In this document: positions 11,063-22,333 of the stretch, piece by piece
How positions within the stretch are numbered: position 1 is the stretch's first letter
Layout of the letters: each line of letters starts with the position of its first letter
Assembly: GCA_043228905.1 (NCBI GenBank)
Contig: JBHGNT010000001.1
Span: 32,488,001 to 32,552,000 of the forward strand
DNA: 64,000 bases
Source of the DNA: Azolla caroliniana
Lineage: Eukaryota; Plantae; Polypodiophyta
Direction of reading: 5' to 3'
Translations under genes and position numbers: made by a program
Notes under the pieces: generated by a model
Database searches by the model: none
The model's input: the letters and a program-made list of their open reading frames with translations, nothing else
What the model was told of the DNA's origin: nothing

Positions 11063-12697
11063 AATAAAATCTATCCTAAATGTTGTGAGTTGATACGTTA
11101 ATGTAAAGAATCAAGAGATTGATTCTTGTGAAGCGGAAGAGATATGAGTTATGTGTGTGTATGAGAGAGTGAGAGAGAGAGTGAGAGAGACAAGGAATAC
11201 GCAAGGTAAAAGTGTATTGACAAAGGAGAAAGACTCGACCTTATACAAGGTGGGAGGAGGCTCGTCACTATTCGACCTCAGGTTCATAAATGTGAAGAGA
11301 GAGTGAATCTAGGGCTTGGACGACCCTGAACTGTTCTTGGGAATCTCGGATGATCAGGGCCGTCCAAGCACAGAAAAAAAGATAAAGCAAAAAAAAAGAA
11401 AAAGACCTCGAAGAAAGTAAAAAAAGTAGAAAAATAGAAAAAGAAGAAGAAGAGAGAGAAAACTTTTTGGGGGAAATTCAAAATTGTGTGTGAAAATCCC
11501 CTCTCTCTCTATGGTTTTCTATTTTTATTTCTCTATTTCCCTTGCATTTCTCTGCATTTTCTTTTCTCTATTTTTATTTTTCTCTTTCCCTTCCCTTTCT
11601 TTGCGTTTTCTTTCTCTGAGTTGAAACTCTTTCTCATGTTCAAATCCCTTTCTCTCTTTCCCTCCCCCAAATCAGAGTTGAAACAAGCAAAAGAATGCAG
11701 CTCTTTCTATATGCATATAGGGCACTTGAAATCTCTTTCTCATGTTCAAATCCCTTTCTCTCTTTCCCTCACTTAACCGCCCATCTTCATGATGCTTCCC
11801 ATCCTCATCGATACCCCCTAAATAACCTTGGAATAGAGACCACTCTACCCATGAGCTCCCTTAGCTCATTGAGGAAACGAAGATGCATCGACACATCCTT
11901 GTTTTAATGAGGAAGCCGTGACTGACTGTTCTGAGTTGATGAGCTATTTTGGTTGTATTGTTGTTCAACAACATCTCGTGTGTCTCTTGCGTTCTAACAA
12001 GAACAGGGCTAACCTCTGTTAGTCTTTGTATTTTATTAACTTAGCGCAGTTAATCAAAGCTCTGTTTGAAGACGACACAAGAGAAAACATGGTTCTCTCC
12101 TGACTCCAGTTCCCAACTATATGATTGGCAGATCTGTTCTATAGAGGCGTTCTGTAGACCTGCATATCTGGCTAAATCTATTTCTATTGGATGTGAAGAG
12201 GTTTTGAGCTGCCATGTGATACATCATTGAAAACATTCTTGCATGAGTATACCAATAATGAGTACCTACATACCTAGCATTTTGTTTTGATTATGTAAGC
12301 GCCCATCTTGAGTACCCTTGCATAAAGATCTCCCAAATACATTGGACACCAATCACCATGGTCACAATAGGGTCTGCTTTCATATATGCTCAAATAATAT
12401 CATGGGGCATTGATGTATCGCTCCTTATCATGAAGGCAACCATTCCCCTATATTGTCTAGTTATGTATCCTATGAAGGCTCGGTCCCCAAATTTCTATTC
12501 AATAGAAAGAGTCGGTGTTACAATTGTAAGCAAACAAACATAATTCAGTTCATGGTTCTTGGAATGGGAGATGTGCTCAGTTGTCATCTAAGGACACCAA
12601 AAGCAGCATACCATGAGAATGTCAAGCATAGGCAGCTTCCATGCTCTCATATATTTTTTCAAAGAACAAGCATACCTCTGCTTTAAATTTAGCCAAC

Positions 12698-12699
<2 letters not shown>

Positions 12700-12741
<42 letters not shown>
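12700..12741. repeat. (GA)n microsatellite
   Basis: Seen directly. Confidence 0.95.
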
Positions 12742-12744
<3 letters not shown>

Positions 12745-13774
12745 GGAACCCAGGTTGACATCATTAGCACTTCCTAAAGCAACATGGATGCAAAAGGAAT
12801 TTGTTTTGCTTTGCCACAATTACAATAATGAGCTCTCACAAATTTCCTTCCTATGCAAGAGTCCTATGCAAGAGTTATAATGCAATCAAAATTCAAACTG
12901 TGTTAGGGTGCTGCAAATTTGTTGATTGTTTCAAGGCCCTTCACCTGTTGATAAAGGTTCACCCTTACAACACTATAATTTCTGAAGGTTGAACAATAGA
13001 AAGAGTCCTTTATCATCCCTTTGTGTCTTAACATCATTACCATACATTTCATACAGATGATTGGTTGCTTCAAATGGATCTCCAAAGAACAACCTCAAAC
13101 AAGAGTTCAAACATTAAATAATCACTATCAAAAAAGCATCCTTCCGAGCTTCACATATATAACATAGACATTAATAAGACTTAATGATGCATATTACGTA
13201 GCTCTCCAATGAATCGATGCATGAAATTTAAAACTTTAACAAATTGTGTGCCTACCAAAGAGATCATTTCAGGAATTAGACAAGACCATACTACATATAT
13301 CTCACGCAATGCATCATTGCATAAAACCATACATGACCACACAACATAAATATATTCAAAAGTGAAGATACAAAGTGAAGAAAGTTTACGCAAATATGTC
13401 ATTAACGCATGAAACCATTACATAACACTCAATACACAATATTCGAGTTTGAGTATTTACAAAAATTGTAATTGAAGATACAATATGGCAGATTGTGTAT
13501 TTATAGAAGTTGAGACTGAAGATACACTATTCAGAGTTTGTGTATTTACAATATAATCCAAAATTTAAATTGTCGATAAATATCCGAGTTGGAAAAAGGC
13601 ATCCAAATTTTCTCATGCCCATGAACCTACAAAAGGCACCAAACAAGGTTACCAGTCAACAATGTACAAATACGAAAGCTGCAAATGAGAAACAATATAG
13701 ATTTAGGAATGAGAATCAAACCTGGCAAAACTGAATCACACCATAGTCTGAACAGATCTGTTTAAACAATAAAG

Positions 13775-15814
13775 CTATGTAGCAAGAATTCTAACTTTAG
13801 AAGCATAAATATTAGTGGTAGATACTCCATTGCTATTTGTTATTGTGAACCATCGTTCTCCCCCATTATCTGGGTAATGAACATCAACAATCATAGCACT
13901 TGTTATGCACTCTGCCCCATCATCAATCAATATACATTTTCCCTTCAAAGCTTTCATAGCGATCGAAATGTCACCATGATTATGATTTAACGGCAACATG
14001 CTATCACAATGATTGCAATGTGATGTTTGATTTTTATCTAATATTAGGACCAAAGAATTACAATGCATACATCGAACCTTCATACGTCTCGGTAGACGAA
14101 CTCGCTTTCGACATCCTTGTATGCCCCATCCATGCCTTCTTGTACCTTTATCCTTATTGTTAGGAGCTACCCCGATATCTTCGAAAGCTACTACATTGCT
14201 AACAATGGGCCTTTTGTTGCCATAGGGGTTTTCAATAACATTTTGTTGCAAACCTCTAATACTCTCATTTTGAGGCAGATCTTTCATCAAAGGAGAAATA
14301 TCAGACCTCATTTGCTGACAAAATGCAAGCATTCTTTCATTCCAAACATTAACATCCTCTTTAGACATAGAATGTAGACACTCTTCAAAATTCCTTATTG
14401 TTTCCTTAACAAGAGAAATAGTTGCAAATATAGACTCATCATGGCCACCCTCAAAGTTGGCATTTGCATCTTGACCACGCATTTCTAATGCATCATCAAT
14501 AAGATGTAGCTCCTTTCTTGAGTCAGGCATGTGTTGTTCAATAAATAATCTAATACACATCAAGTGCTTGCATTTACATGCATAATCATCGCAATCACAA
14601 AAAGAAGCTTGAAAATATACATTATACCACGTATCTTCCTTCGACATGCTTAAAACTCTAAAATACAATCTTGTCTCATCCATTACCTGAATAGTTGTTG
14701 GATTTGCAACATATCGCTCAATTATCTTTTCTGCCTCTCTCATTCTATTAGCCTCATCTTTACAATTGGCTCGAGGCAAGAATCTTCCACTATCACTTAG
14801 TTCTTGTTTTTGTTTAAACCATTCAAGAACGGTACCGCCCATCCATGACCCTGTCACACTATCACCTATTAATGCATGTACCAAGTCAGTAATGGGTCGA
14901 TTTATCCTTCCTTTAAACGCAGTGTACTTGATGTATTGCCAATGTCTCTCTACAATATTTGTAGTGTTCACATGGCCATATGAAAACATCCTTCCGAACT
15001 TGGGCCAAGTTTTTTTCCACGTATCATTACACCAACAGTTTTTTATGTAAAGGCAAACATTTTTATGTTCTTTGTATACTTCCAAGATTGAACCATACAC
15101 CTGATTAAATTCTTCCTCTTTGCTACAATACATGAGCCGACACATATGATCATACAATTTGTCTCTTTCCATGCCATGAACTTTTGGCAATAGATGTTCA
15201 ACCCAAGCCTTCTTCACATGGAACCAACATAGCAAAATCAAGCAAGATGTTTGTTGTCGTTTACCATTCACTATCTCCCAACAACCTGAATCAACTTCAA
15301 TAACATTTTTCAATGCGATGTATTCAGTCCAACACTTATCTATTACCAATGCTTTAGGTCTAACACCTTCCATTTTTTCAAATATGATCTTTAAAGTCAT
15401 TTCTAGCGCAAGTTGTTCATGTTGAGATCCCGTGTCATTGGTGCAAAGCATGTACCACAACGGGATGCCAACACCATGCTCATTTGGTGCAACCGCAGCA
15501 TATAAAGGCAATCCAAATACATTAGTCTTAAATGTAGAATCAATTGCCCAATGCTTATTCTTTGAAAGGCGAATACACATGTTTAACATCCACTTATCTT
15601 GCATTATCAAAACAAATGGTTGTTTTCCAGGCATATATGGTTGAACATATGCTACTTTACCTTGTTCCTTCAATGCATATGCTTCTTGCATCATCAAAAC
15701 CCAATCATCTACTGCTATAGCTTTTTTAATATTCAATTTGCTCGCCATGTTATGAACCTCCTTCGTGAGCATGAAAAACCTAAACACAACTCTCTCAACA
15801 AGACTCACTCTCAT
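13775..15814 (-). CDS. MULE-family DDE transposase with SWIM zinc finger (5' exons may be missing)
   Basis: IDSTFKTNVFGLPL (first D), LVIDK (second D), LCWFHVKKAW (CxxH), NTTNIVE (E), SWIM CDCDDYACKCKH, and a C-terminal CxxC...CxxC. Confidence 0.85.
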   Translation of the reverse strand: MRVSLVERVVFRFFMLTKEVHNMASKLNIKKAIAVDDWVLMMQEAYALKEQGKVAYVQPYMPGKQPFVLIMQDKWMLNMCIRLSKNKHWAIDSTFKTNVFGLPLYAAVAPNEHGVGIPLWYMLCTNDTGSQHEQLALEMTLKIIFEKMEGVRPKALVIDKCWTEYIALKNVIEVDSGCWEIVNGKRQQTSCLILLCWFHVKKAWVEHLLPKVHGMERDKLYDHMCRLMYCSKEEEFNQVYGSILEVYKEHKNVCLYIKNCWCNDTWKKTWPKFGRMFSYGHVNTTNIVERHWQYIKYTAFKGRINRPITDLVHALIGDSVTGSWMGGTVLEWFKQKQELSDSGRFLPRANCKDEANRMREAEKIIERYVANPTTIQVMDETRLYFRVLSMSKEDTWYNVYFQASFCDCDDYACKCKHLMCIRLFIEQHMPDSRKELHLIDDALEMRGQDANANFEGGHDESIFATISLVKETIRNFEECLHSMSKEDVNVWNERMLAFCQQMRSDISPLMKDLPQNESIRGLQQNVIENPYGNKRPIVSNVVAFEDIGVAPNNKDKGTRRHGWGIQGCRKRVRLPRRMKVRCMHCNSLVLILDKNQTSHCNHCDSMLPLNHNHGDISIAMKALKGKCILIDDGAECITSAMIVDVHYPDNGGERWFTITNSNGVSTTNIYASKVRILAT

Positions 15815-16174
15815 CTAATGACACCCATGCATCATGCGAAGCATTCGTATCGTGTTCCTCAATTGCATAAGAGGTAGAACAATGTGATGGACTTCTATTT
15901 AAGTCGAACATCGTTCATGCCCCTAAACACACATAATATTCAAGTTTGACATTAAAGATTGAAACCACGAAAATAAAAGCAAGAGTAAGTATGCAAACAA
16001 AATTTGGTAAAAGGGAATATAAGTGCATGTTTTACTCAATATCTTTCTAGTATGTGCTCATAGTGCTCATTTCTCCTATCTCTCTTTACCAATTTTCTGT
16101 TTCCCTCTTTATGTCTCAATATCATGTTTCATATATCACTTCTCCTATCTCACTTTACCAAATTACTATTTCCC

Positions 16175-16355
16175 TTTTTATGTCTCAATATCATGAGATA
16201 ATAATGAAAACATATAATGTTTGGTGACATAATAATGAAAACAGAGAAAAAAATAGAAATCATTGTTCTATGATTTCTATTTTTTTCTCTGTTTTCATTA
16301 TTATGTCACCAAACATTATATGTTTTCATTATCTCATGATATTGAGACATAAAAA
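16175..16355. repeat. Near-perfect inverted repeat (arms ~86-89 bp, 6-nt loop)
   Basis: 16175-16263 pairs with 16270-16355 apart from one 3-nt bulge. Confidence 0.92.
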
Positions 16356-17871
16356 TGTTCAAATGAAAAAACAGAAAAAACATAAATATGTATGAGGTAA
16401 AACAAAAGAAAATCATAGAAATAAAAAGAGAAAAGTTTCATTTACATACCTGTGATTCTTGCTTGCAAGTTGCGATAGAGAAGTGGTCGACGAGGAAAGA
16501 GAGAAGAAGACACAGAATATGTCGATTTTGAACCCTAAATGAAAAAACAGAAAAAAGCATAAATATGTATGGGGTAAAATAGAAATCCATCATGTTCATA
16601 AGTGGAGAAAAGTTTATTTGCACACCTGTGATTCTTGCTTGTGATAAAGAGAAGAAGACACAGAAATTAGGTTATTCTTGCGTATGATAAAGAAATCAGG
16701 GTGCTCGACGAGGAAACAGAGAAGCGAGGAAACAGAGAAGAAGACACAAAAATTCACGATTTTGAATTTCCCCCAAATAGACCCCAAAATAGTTTTCTCT
16801 CTCTTACTTTTCATTTTTGTTTTTTAATGTTTTTTTGCTTTTTATTTTTTCTTATTTGTTTTTATTTGTTTTTATTTTTATTTGTGCTTGGACGGTCTTG
16901 ATCATCCGAGATTCCCGAGATGAGTTCAAGGCCGTCCAAGCCCTAGATTCACTCCCTCTTCACATTTATGAACCTGAGGTCGAATAGAAACGAGGGTGGG
17001 AGGAGGGTGCTTTATGTAGTCACCCTCTCTCTTCATTAACTACAAGCCTCATGGAGCATGGGGAATGTGAAAGCTCATAAGTTATGTGTCACAGAATATG
17101 ATTCTATGACTCATACTAAATGCTAGAATACAAAGTGGTGACATAATGGTGACTCTTGACCGTTGGAGTGTCTCTTCACTCTCAAGGTGAGTTCACACAC
17201 TAGACCAAGTTGAGCTTGATTCTCAACAGTTAATAATGAACGTTTTTATGCAACTTAGTTTTGTTAATCTTAATGTTGTAAGTTTGAGATCTATCATGAC
17301 AAAACATCTTTCCAATCCATCTTTTCACTCCTTGATCCCCGCTTATGAACAAAGTCTTGGTTGTTGTCCACATGCTCATGTTATGATTATATTCATATTT
17401 TGTTGCAATGGATTGTGTTTTCTGCTCGGAGCCAACATGACTCATACCTTGAACTTGCACTTCTAAGGGATCACCTTCCTCTCGATGGGCTAACTAAGGG
17501 ATTGGGGGTGGTTAGTACCCAATGGCAAAGACAATGTCATACATCAATACATAAAATGCACTCACTTCTCCACACCATGCAATTGTTGAAGTTTCAAATT
17601 CGTCTTAAGTTAGTATAAAATTAACACACAATTAATCACTACACTAATTAAGAAATATATTTGTCTTAGTTAAATAGATAAAAGAAGCATATAAGATGCC
17701 TCAATTAAATAGATAATTACTAAGTAAAAATAGGTTTATATCTCGATTAATTATTACGAAAAAGTTATATAAAAGAAAGTGGCTCTTGGTGAATGTAAAG
17801 GTGAGAGAATAAGGACCGAAATGTAGCCCCAAAGGCCCCTTTTAGACGAGAGCTCTTGTCTTTTTATACGA

Positions 17872-18418
17872 TGTCGTGAAGAAAACCGTCCACAAGCGGA
17901 ATCGGTGTACCGGAGCGTAGAAACCGACTCTTCATGCACGTGCGCCTTAAGTTGTACATAGGAGATCCTAGGTAGATTCGGTAGGTAGGGAGTAAAGGGG
18001 GAAACGGCTCCTTCCTTGCCTATAAAAGGAGGGAGACGAGGAGAGTAAGGGGATCGCGGAGAGTCGAGGACGAAGTGCTGTCGGATTGAGCGCGAAGGCT
18101 TCTCTCTCTCTCTGGTTCGCAGACTCCATAGCTTCCGTCTGTGCAGGTTTCGGGAGGCTCACGCTGCTCTGAGGAATGCCCGAGTGATTCCGGCAGCACC
18201 TCCAACCTGCTCCTGTCTTTCTGTGCGTTTACGAACAGGTATCGACATCTGTCCGCCGGCCTGTTCGGTTGTAACCGACTTCGTGTTTTGTTGTCCTCGT
18301 GTTCTTGTTGTTTGTCTTGTCAATACATACATACTTTCGTGTCTTCCCGTGTCGCTGTCCCATTCGTGTCTTTGCTTCGAAGGGCCGTGTCCCTGTGAAT
18401 CTACGCTCGCACGTAGTG

Positions 18419-18463
<45 letters not shown>

Positions 18464-18522
18464 TCGGTACAGGACCCCGAGGTCCCGCCTCACTCCACGC
18501 ATCCGCGAGGAATACCTCGACA
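17872..18522 (+). repeat. 5' LTR of D (D-type, contains (CT)n at ~18420-18458)
   Basis: TGTCG...CGACA termini; matches the split 3' LTR. Confidence 0.95.
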
Positions 18523-20150
18523 TATTTGGTGAACCCGACGTGAAAGAGGCGGCAGAAGAGCAGAAGATGAAGGGGTCGGATCTTGCAGAGGCCATGGCTT
18601 CGGCCGTGGATCGGATATTGAGCACACGCGAGGGCACCGGTGCCCTCGACAGAGCCATTGAGGCGGTCGTCGGTACGATCGGCCGTTTCAGCGGAAAGGA
18701 TGCTACGAAGTATTTGGCGTCCTACGGGGCGGAAATGCTGATGCGGGACATTCCGGGAGAGAGGCGTCTTGCCGGGTTCCCTCGAGTGGCGATGCCGAGC
18801 ATCCATGCAGAGGTGCTCGAGGTACGGGCGGAGAGCCGTACCTGGGAGGAGTTCGAAGGCCGACTCCTAGAAAAAATATGGGCTGGACGACGCGCTCCGG
18901 CTTTCGAAACGGGACTTCATGGAATGGGTGGAGTCCCCCGGCAAAGGAAGAAACGCGTCGGCACTCCTCCGGGAGTTCGAAGAACGCTTTGCGCGCCTTT
19001 CGGCGCTTGACCGAACTATCCTGGATACGAGCCGGGTCCTATTGTTCGTCAAGTCGGTGGACGAGCGGGACCGGGATCAAGTCGGCTCCTTGCTGGAAAC
19101 CGAAGACGGGTTGACAACCGACTGGGCTGCGGTTAAGAGAGTCAGTGGCCGTTTCGACAAACGGAGAGAATGGGCTGACAACGGGGCGGCAGGTGCGGGC
19201 TCTGTTACAACAAGGAGGCTTGAACCGGCACCGCAAGTGCGAAGGGAAGAAACCCGGGAATGGCTCGAAACCGGCCCGGCTTCGACCAGCATGGTCAATG
19301 GCTCGTCCGGAGGAGCCGCGCTGTCGTGAAGAAAACCGTCCATAAGCGGAATCGGCGCACCAAGGCGTGGGAACCGGTTCTTCACGCGCGCACGCTCCAA
19401 GTTGTACATAGAAGCGAACTAGGAGGATAATTGGCAGGAACGGGCCCTAACACGAGTGGAGACAAAGACCGCGCGAATAGTCTTTCGGTCGCGCGCGCGA
19501 ACTGTACGAGTCGGCGGCGTAACTACGCGGATGCGTGAAGAACAGAGCGGATCCCTGTTCGAAAGGGACAGGGAATAAAGCTGACACGACGGCCTGCTCG
19601 TCGGCCTATATAAGAGCAGGAAAGAGCTGTTGCAGGCATCTCGCGTAGAGAGGACGAAGTGCTGTCGGACCGTTTCTGGACGCTTCTCTCTCTGTTTCCT
19701 TCCTTCTTGAGCTCCATAGCTTTCTGTGCAGGGTTCCGAGGAGGCTCGCGCTGTTTCGAGGAACGCCCGAGTGCTTCCGGCAACACCTCCGACCTGCTAC
19801 CCCCCCTTTGTGCGTCGAAGCGAACAGGCATCGACATCTGTTCGCCGGCCTGTTCGGTTGTAACCAACCTGTGCCCCATCGGGGGTTGTAGTCGTGCTAG
19901 CCATTTTTCTTAATATACATATTTAGTCATTCGCATCTGTCTGTGTCGGTGTCTGTCCGCGTTCCCCGTGCTGAAGGGCCGTGTCCATGTGTATCCCCGG
20001 TCCTGCGTAGCCGGTTCTCCCTCTTTCTCTTCCCTCGCTTGCTCTTTGGTTCGAGACCCCCGCGGTCCCGCCTCGTTTCCACACGCACTTGCGTAATATC
20101 TAGACATCTTTGGTGAACCCGACGTGAAAGAGGCGGCAGAAGAGCAGAAG

Positions 20151-22277
20151 ATGAGGGGGTCGGATCTTGCAGAGGCCATGGCTTCGGCCGTGGATCGGAT
20201 TGTAAATGCGCGCGAGGGCACCGGTGCCCTCGACAGAGCTATCGAGGCGGTCGTCGGCACGATCGGCCGGTTCGATGGGAGGGATGCCACGAAGTATCTG
20301 GCGTCCTACGGTGCAGAAATGCTGATGCGGGACATTCCGGAAGAAAGGCGTCTTGCCGGATTTCCCCGAGTAGCAATGCCGAGCATCCATGCGGAGGTGC
20401 TCGAGGTGCGGGCGGAGAGCCGTACCTGGGAGGAGTTCGAAGGTCGGCTCCTAGAGAAATACGGGCTGGACGACGCGCTCCGGCTTTCGAAGCGAAGGTT
20501 CATGGAATGGGTGGAGTCCCTGGGGAAGGGAAGAAACGCGTCGGCACTCCTCCGGGAGTTCGAGGAAAACTTTGCGCGCCTTTCGGCGCTCGACCGAACC
20601 ATCCTGGACACGAGCCGGGTCTTGCTGTTTGTCAAGTCGGTCGACGAGCGGGATCGGGAGCAAGTGGGCCTCTTGCTGGAAACCGAAGACGGGCTCACTA
20701 CCGACTGGGCGGCTGTCAAGAAAGTCTGTGGCCGTTTCGACAAACGGCGAGAATGGGCGGATAACGGGGTAGCCGGGTCGGGCTCGGTCGCAGCAAGGAA
20801 GTTCGAACCAGCGCCGCAGGTGCGAAAGGAAGAGACCCGAGAGTGGTTGGAAACCGGTTCGGCTTCGACCGGCGTAGTCAGAGGCTCAACCGGAGGAGCG
20901 GCGCTGGAGGAATTGACGAGGGCGGTAAAGGACCTCCAAATCGCGCAAGCCCGAAGGGAAGGTGGCGAACCGGCTCGTGACCGACGGCCGGCGGCAGGAA
21001 ACAGGTGCATGTGGTGCGATGAAGTCGGCCACATTCGGAAGGACTGCGGCGACTTCGCGGAGGCGCTAAGGGACAGGGTGGTGTACCTGTGGGAAGGGCG
21101 GGTGCATGCCAGCGACACCCGAAGGGCCCTGAGCCGAAACGACGGGCGAGGTGGTATGAAAAGGTTGATGGAAGAGGCGGCGGCCCGACACGCGGAAACC
21201 GTCCACTACTCGGCGTCGGCCGGCATTCGAGTCGGGGGCGGCGAGGCCCGAAGGGAAAGCAAAGCCGGATTCTGGCCGACGATGCTGGGAGGCCTTGCCG
21301 GTGCAAGGCTAAAAGGGGAGGAATCGGACCGCGCGGAGAAACGGGTACGGGAGATGACCGGGTGGAGCGACCCGGTCGAGGAAAGGACGGGCTTCGTGGA
21401 AGCCGCTTGCCAGAACTACGAGGCTCTGGTAGAAGAGAAGCGGGTGGGGAAACCCGGGACGACCGGGCCCTCACAACGATACGAGACCCGGTCCGGGCCA
21501 CGACGGGACGAAGCCGGCGGGGCCGGTACGAAAGATAAAACCCAGAAGGGCGGGTACCGTCTGGGGACGGAGATAGAAAGGACCACGGACTTACGAAAGG
21601 TCCTGGAGGAACGGATCCTCGACAGCAAGGTGGAGCTGTCGTTACGAGAGGTGCTGGGAATCGCCAAGAAGGAGTTCCACGACTCCATCGTGGACTTGGT
21701 GAAACGGAAGAGGCTGTCAACGGAGACAGAACCAGAAAGACCAGTGGAAGTGCAGACGACGCACCTAGACGACATGGCGCTGGGAGACGAGTGGGCGGAA
21801 AGCCACTATTCGAGACCACACTGGGCCCGAGCGACCACGGAAACCCCGGTGAAGATCGGCGATGTCCAGGAACCGGTGATAGCTTTGGTGGACCACGGAT
21901 CGGAGATCAACTTGATGTCCATGGACTTCTATAAGAAGGGCAAATGGCCGATCAACACCAAGCACGGGTGGAAAATAAGGGCGGCAACGCGCGCCACCGA
22001 GGAGCTGCACGGGGCCTGTCCGAATGTGCGAGTCAAGATCGGCGACGTCGAGATTGACCAGCACTTCTTCGTGCAGGAGACGTCTTCGCATCCGGTCATA
22101 CTGGGAGAGCCGTACATCACGGCGGCGCGGATGGAGACCAAGGTGCTGGACAATGGTTCGGCCTACGCGAGGGTCAAAAGCCAAGACGGGCGCCATTCGG
22201 TCCAGTTTCTGACGGTACGGCCGAACCACGAACGTAACCGCGACTCCCTCGGTTCCGAAAACCGAGAGGATTTTTAG
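20151..22277 (+). CDS. gag: Gag-protease, copy E
   Basis: CCHC knuckle and ALVDHGSEINLM; ends GAG GAT TTT TAG. Confidence 0.93.
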   Translation: MRGSDLAEAMASAVDRIVNAREGTGALDRAIEAVVGTIGRFDGRDATKYLASYGAEMLMRDIPEERRLAGFPRVAMPSIHAEVLEVRAESRTWEEFEGRLLEKYGLDDALRLSKRRFMEWVESLGKGRNASALLREFEENFARLSALDRTILDTSRVLLFVKSVDERDREQVGLLLETEDGLTTDWAAVKKVCGRFDKRREWADNGVAGSGSVAARKFEPAPQVRKEETREWLETGSASTGVVRGSTGGAALEELTRAVKDLQIAQARREGGEPARDRRPAAGNRCMWCDEVGHIRKDCGDFAEALRDRVVYLWEGRVHASDTRRALSRNDGRGGMKRLMEEAAARHAETVHYSASAGIRVGGGEARRESKAGFWPTMLGGLAGARLKGEESDRAEKRVREMTGWSDPVEERTGFVEAACQNYEALVEEKRVGKPGTTGPSQRYETRSGPRRDEAGGAGTKDKTQKGGYRLGTEIERTTDLRKVLEERILDSKVELSLREVLGIAKKEFHDSIVDLVKRKRLSTETEPERPVEVQTTHLDDMALGDEWAESHYSRPHWARATTETPVKIGDVQEPVIALVDHGSEINLMSMDFYKKGKWPINTKHGWKIRAATRATEELHGACPNVRVKIGDVEIDQHFFVQETSSHPVILGEPYITAARMETKVLDNGSAYARVKSQDGRHSVQFLTVRPNHERNRDSLGSENREDF

Positions 22278-22333
22278 AGAGGACTGCCAAGGCGTGGGGC
22301 CGCGACAGTCCGGATGCTCCGGGAAAACCCCAC
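22268..22333 (+). promoter_or_regulatory. Putative -1 ribosomal frameshift signal (G_GAT_TTT plus downstream structure)
   Basis: Pol is in the -1 frame and open from the heptamer to the first Met. Stems GGACTG/CAGTCC and GTGGGG/CCCCAC follow. Confidence 0.75.

Larger units (their letters stand above)
11261..16994 (-). mobile_element. Mutator-like (MULE) DNA transposon, 5.7 kb
   Basis: Imperfect TIRs at 11261-11372 and 16883-16994; flanking direct repeat GGTGGGAGGAGG at 11249-11260 and 16995-17006; internal transposase ORF. Confidence 0.88.

Noticed and set aside
11373-13774. Second MULE gene or Pack-MULE captured fragment
   Set aside because: No ORF or motif I can recognise. A spliced gene cannot be excluded without RNA-seq or BLASTX.
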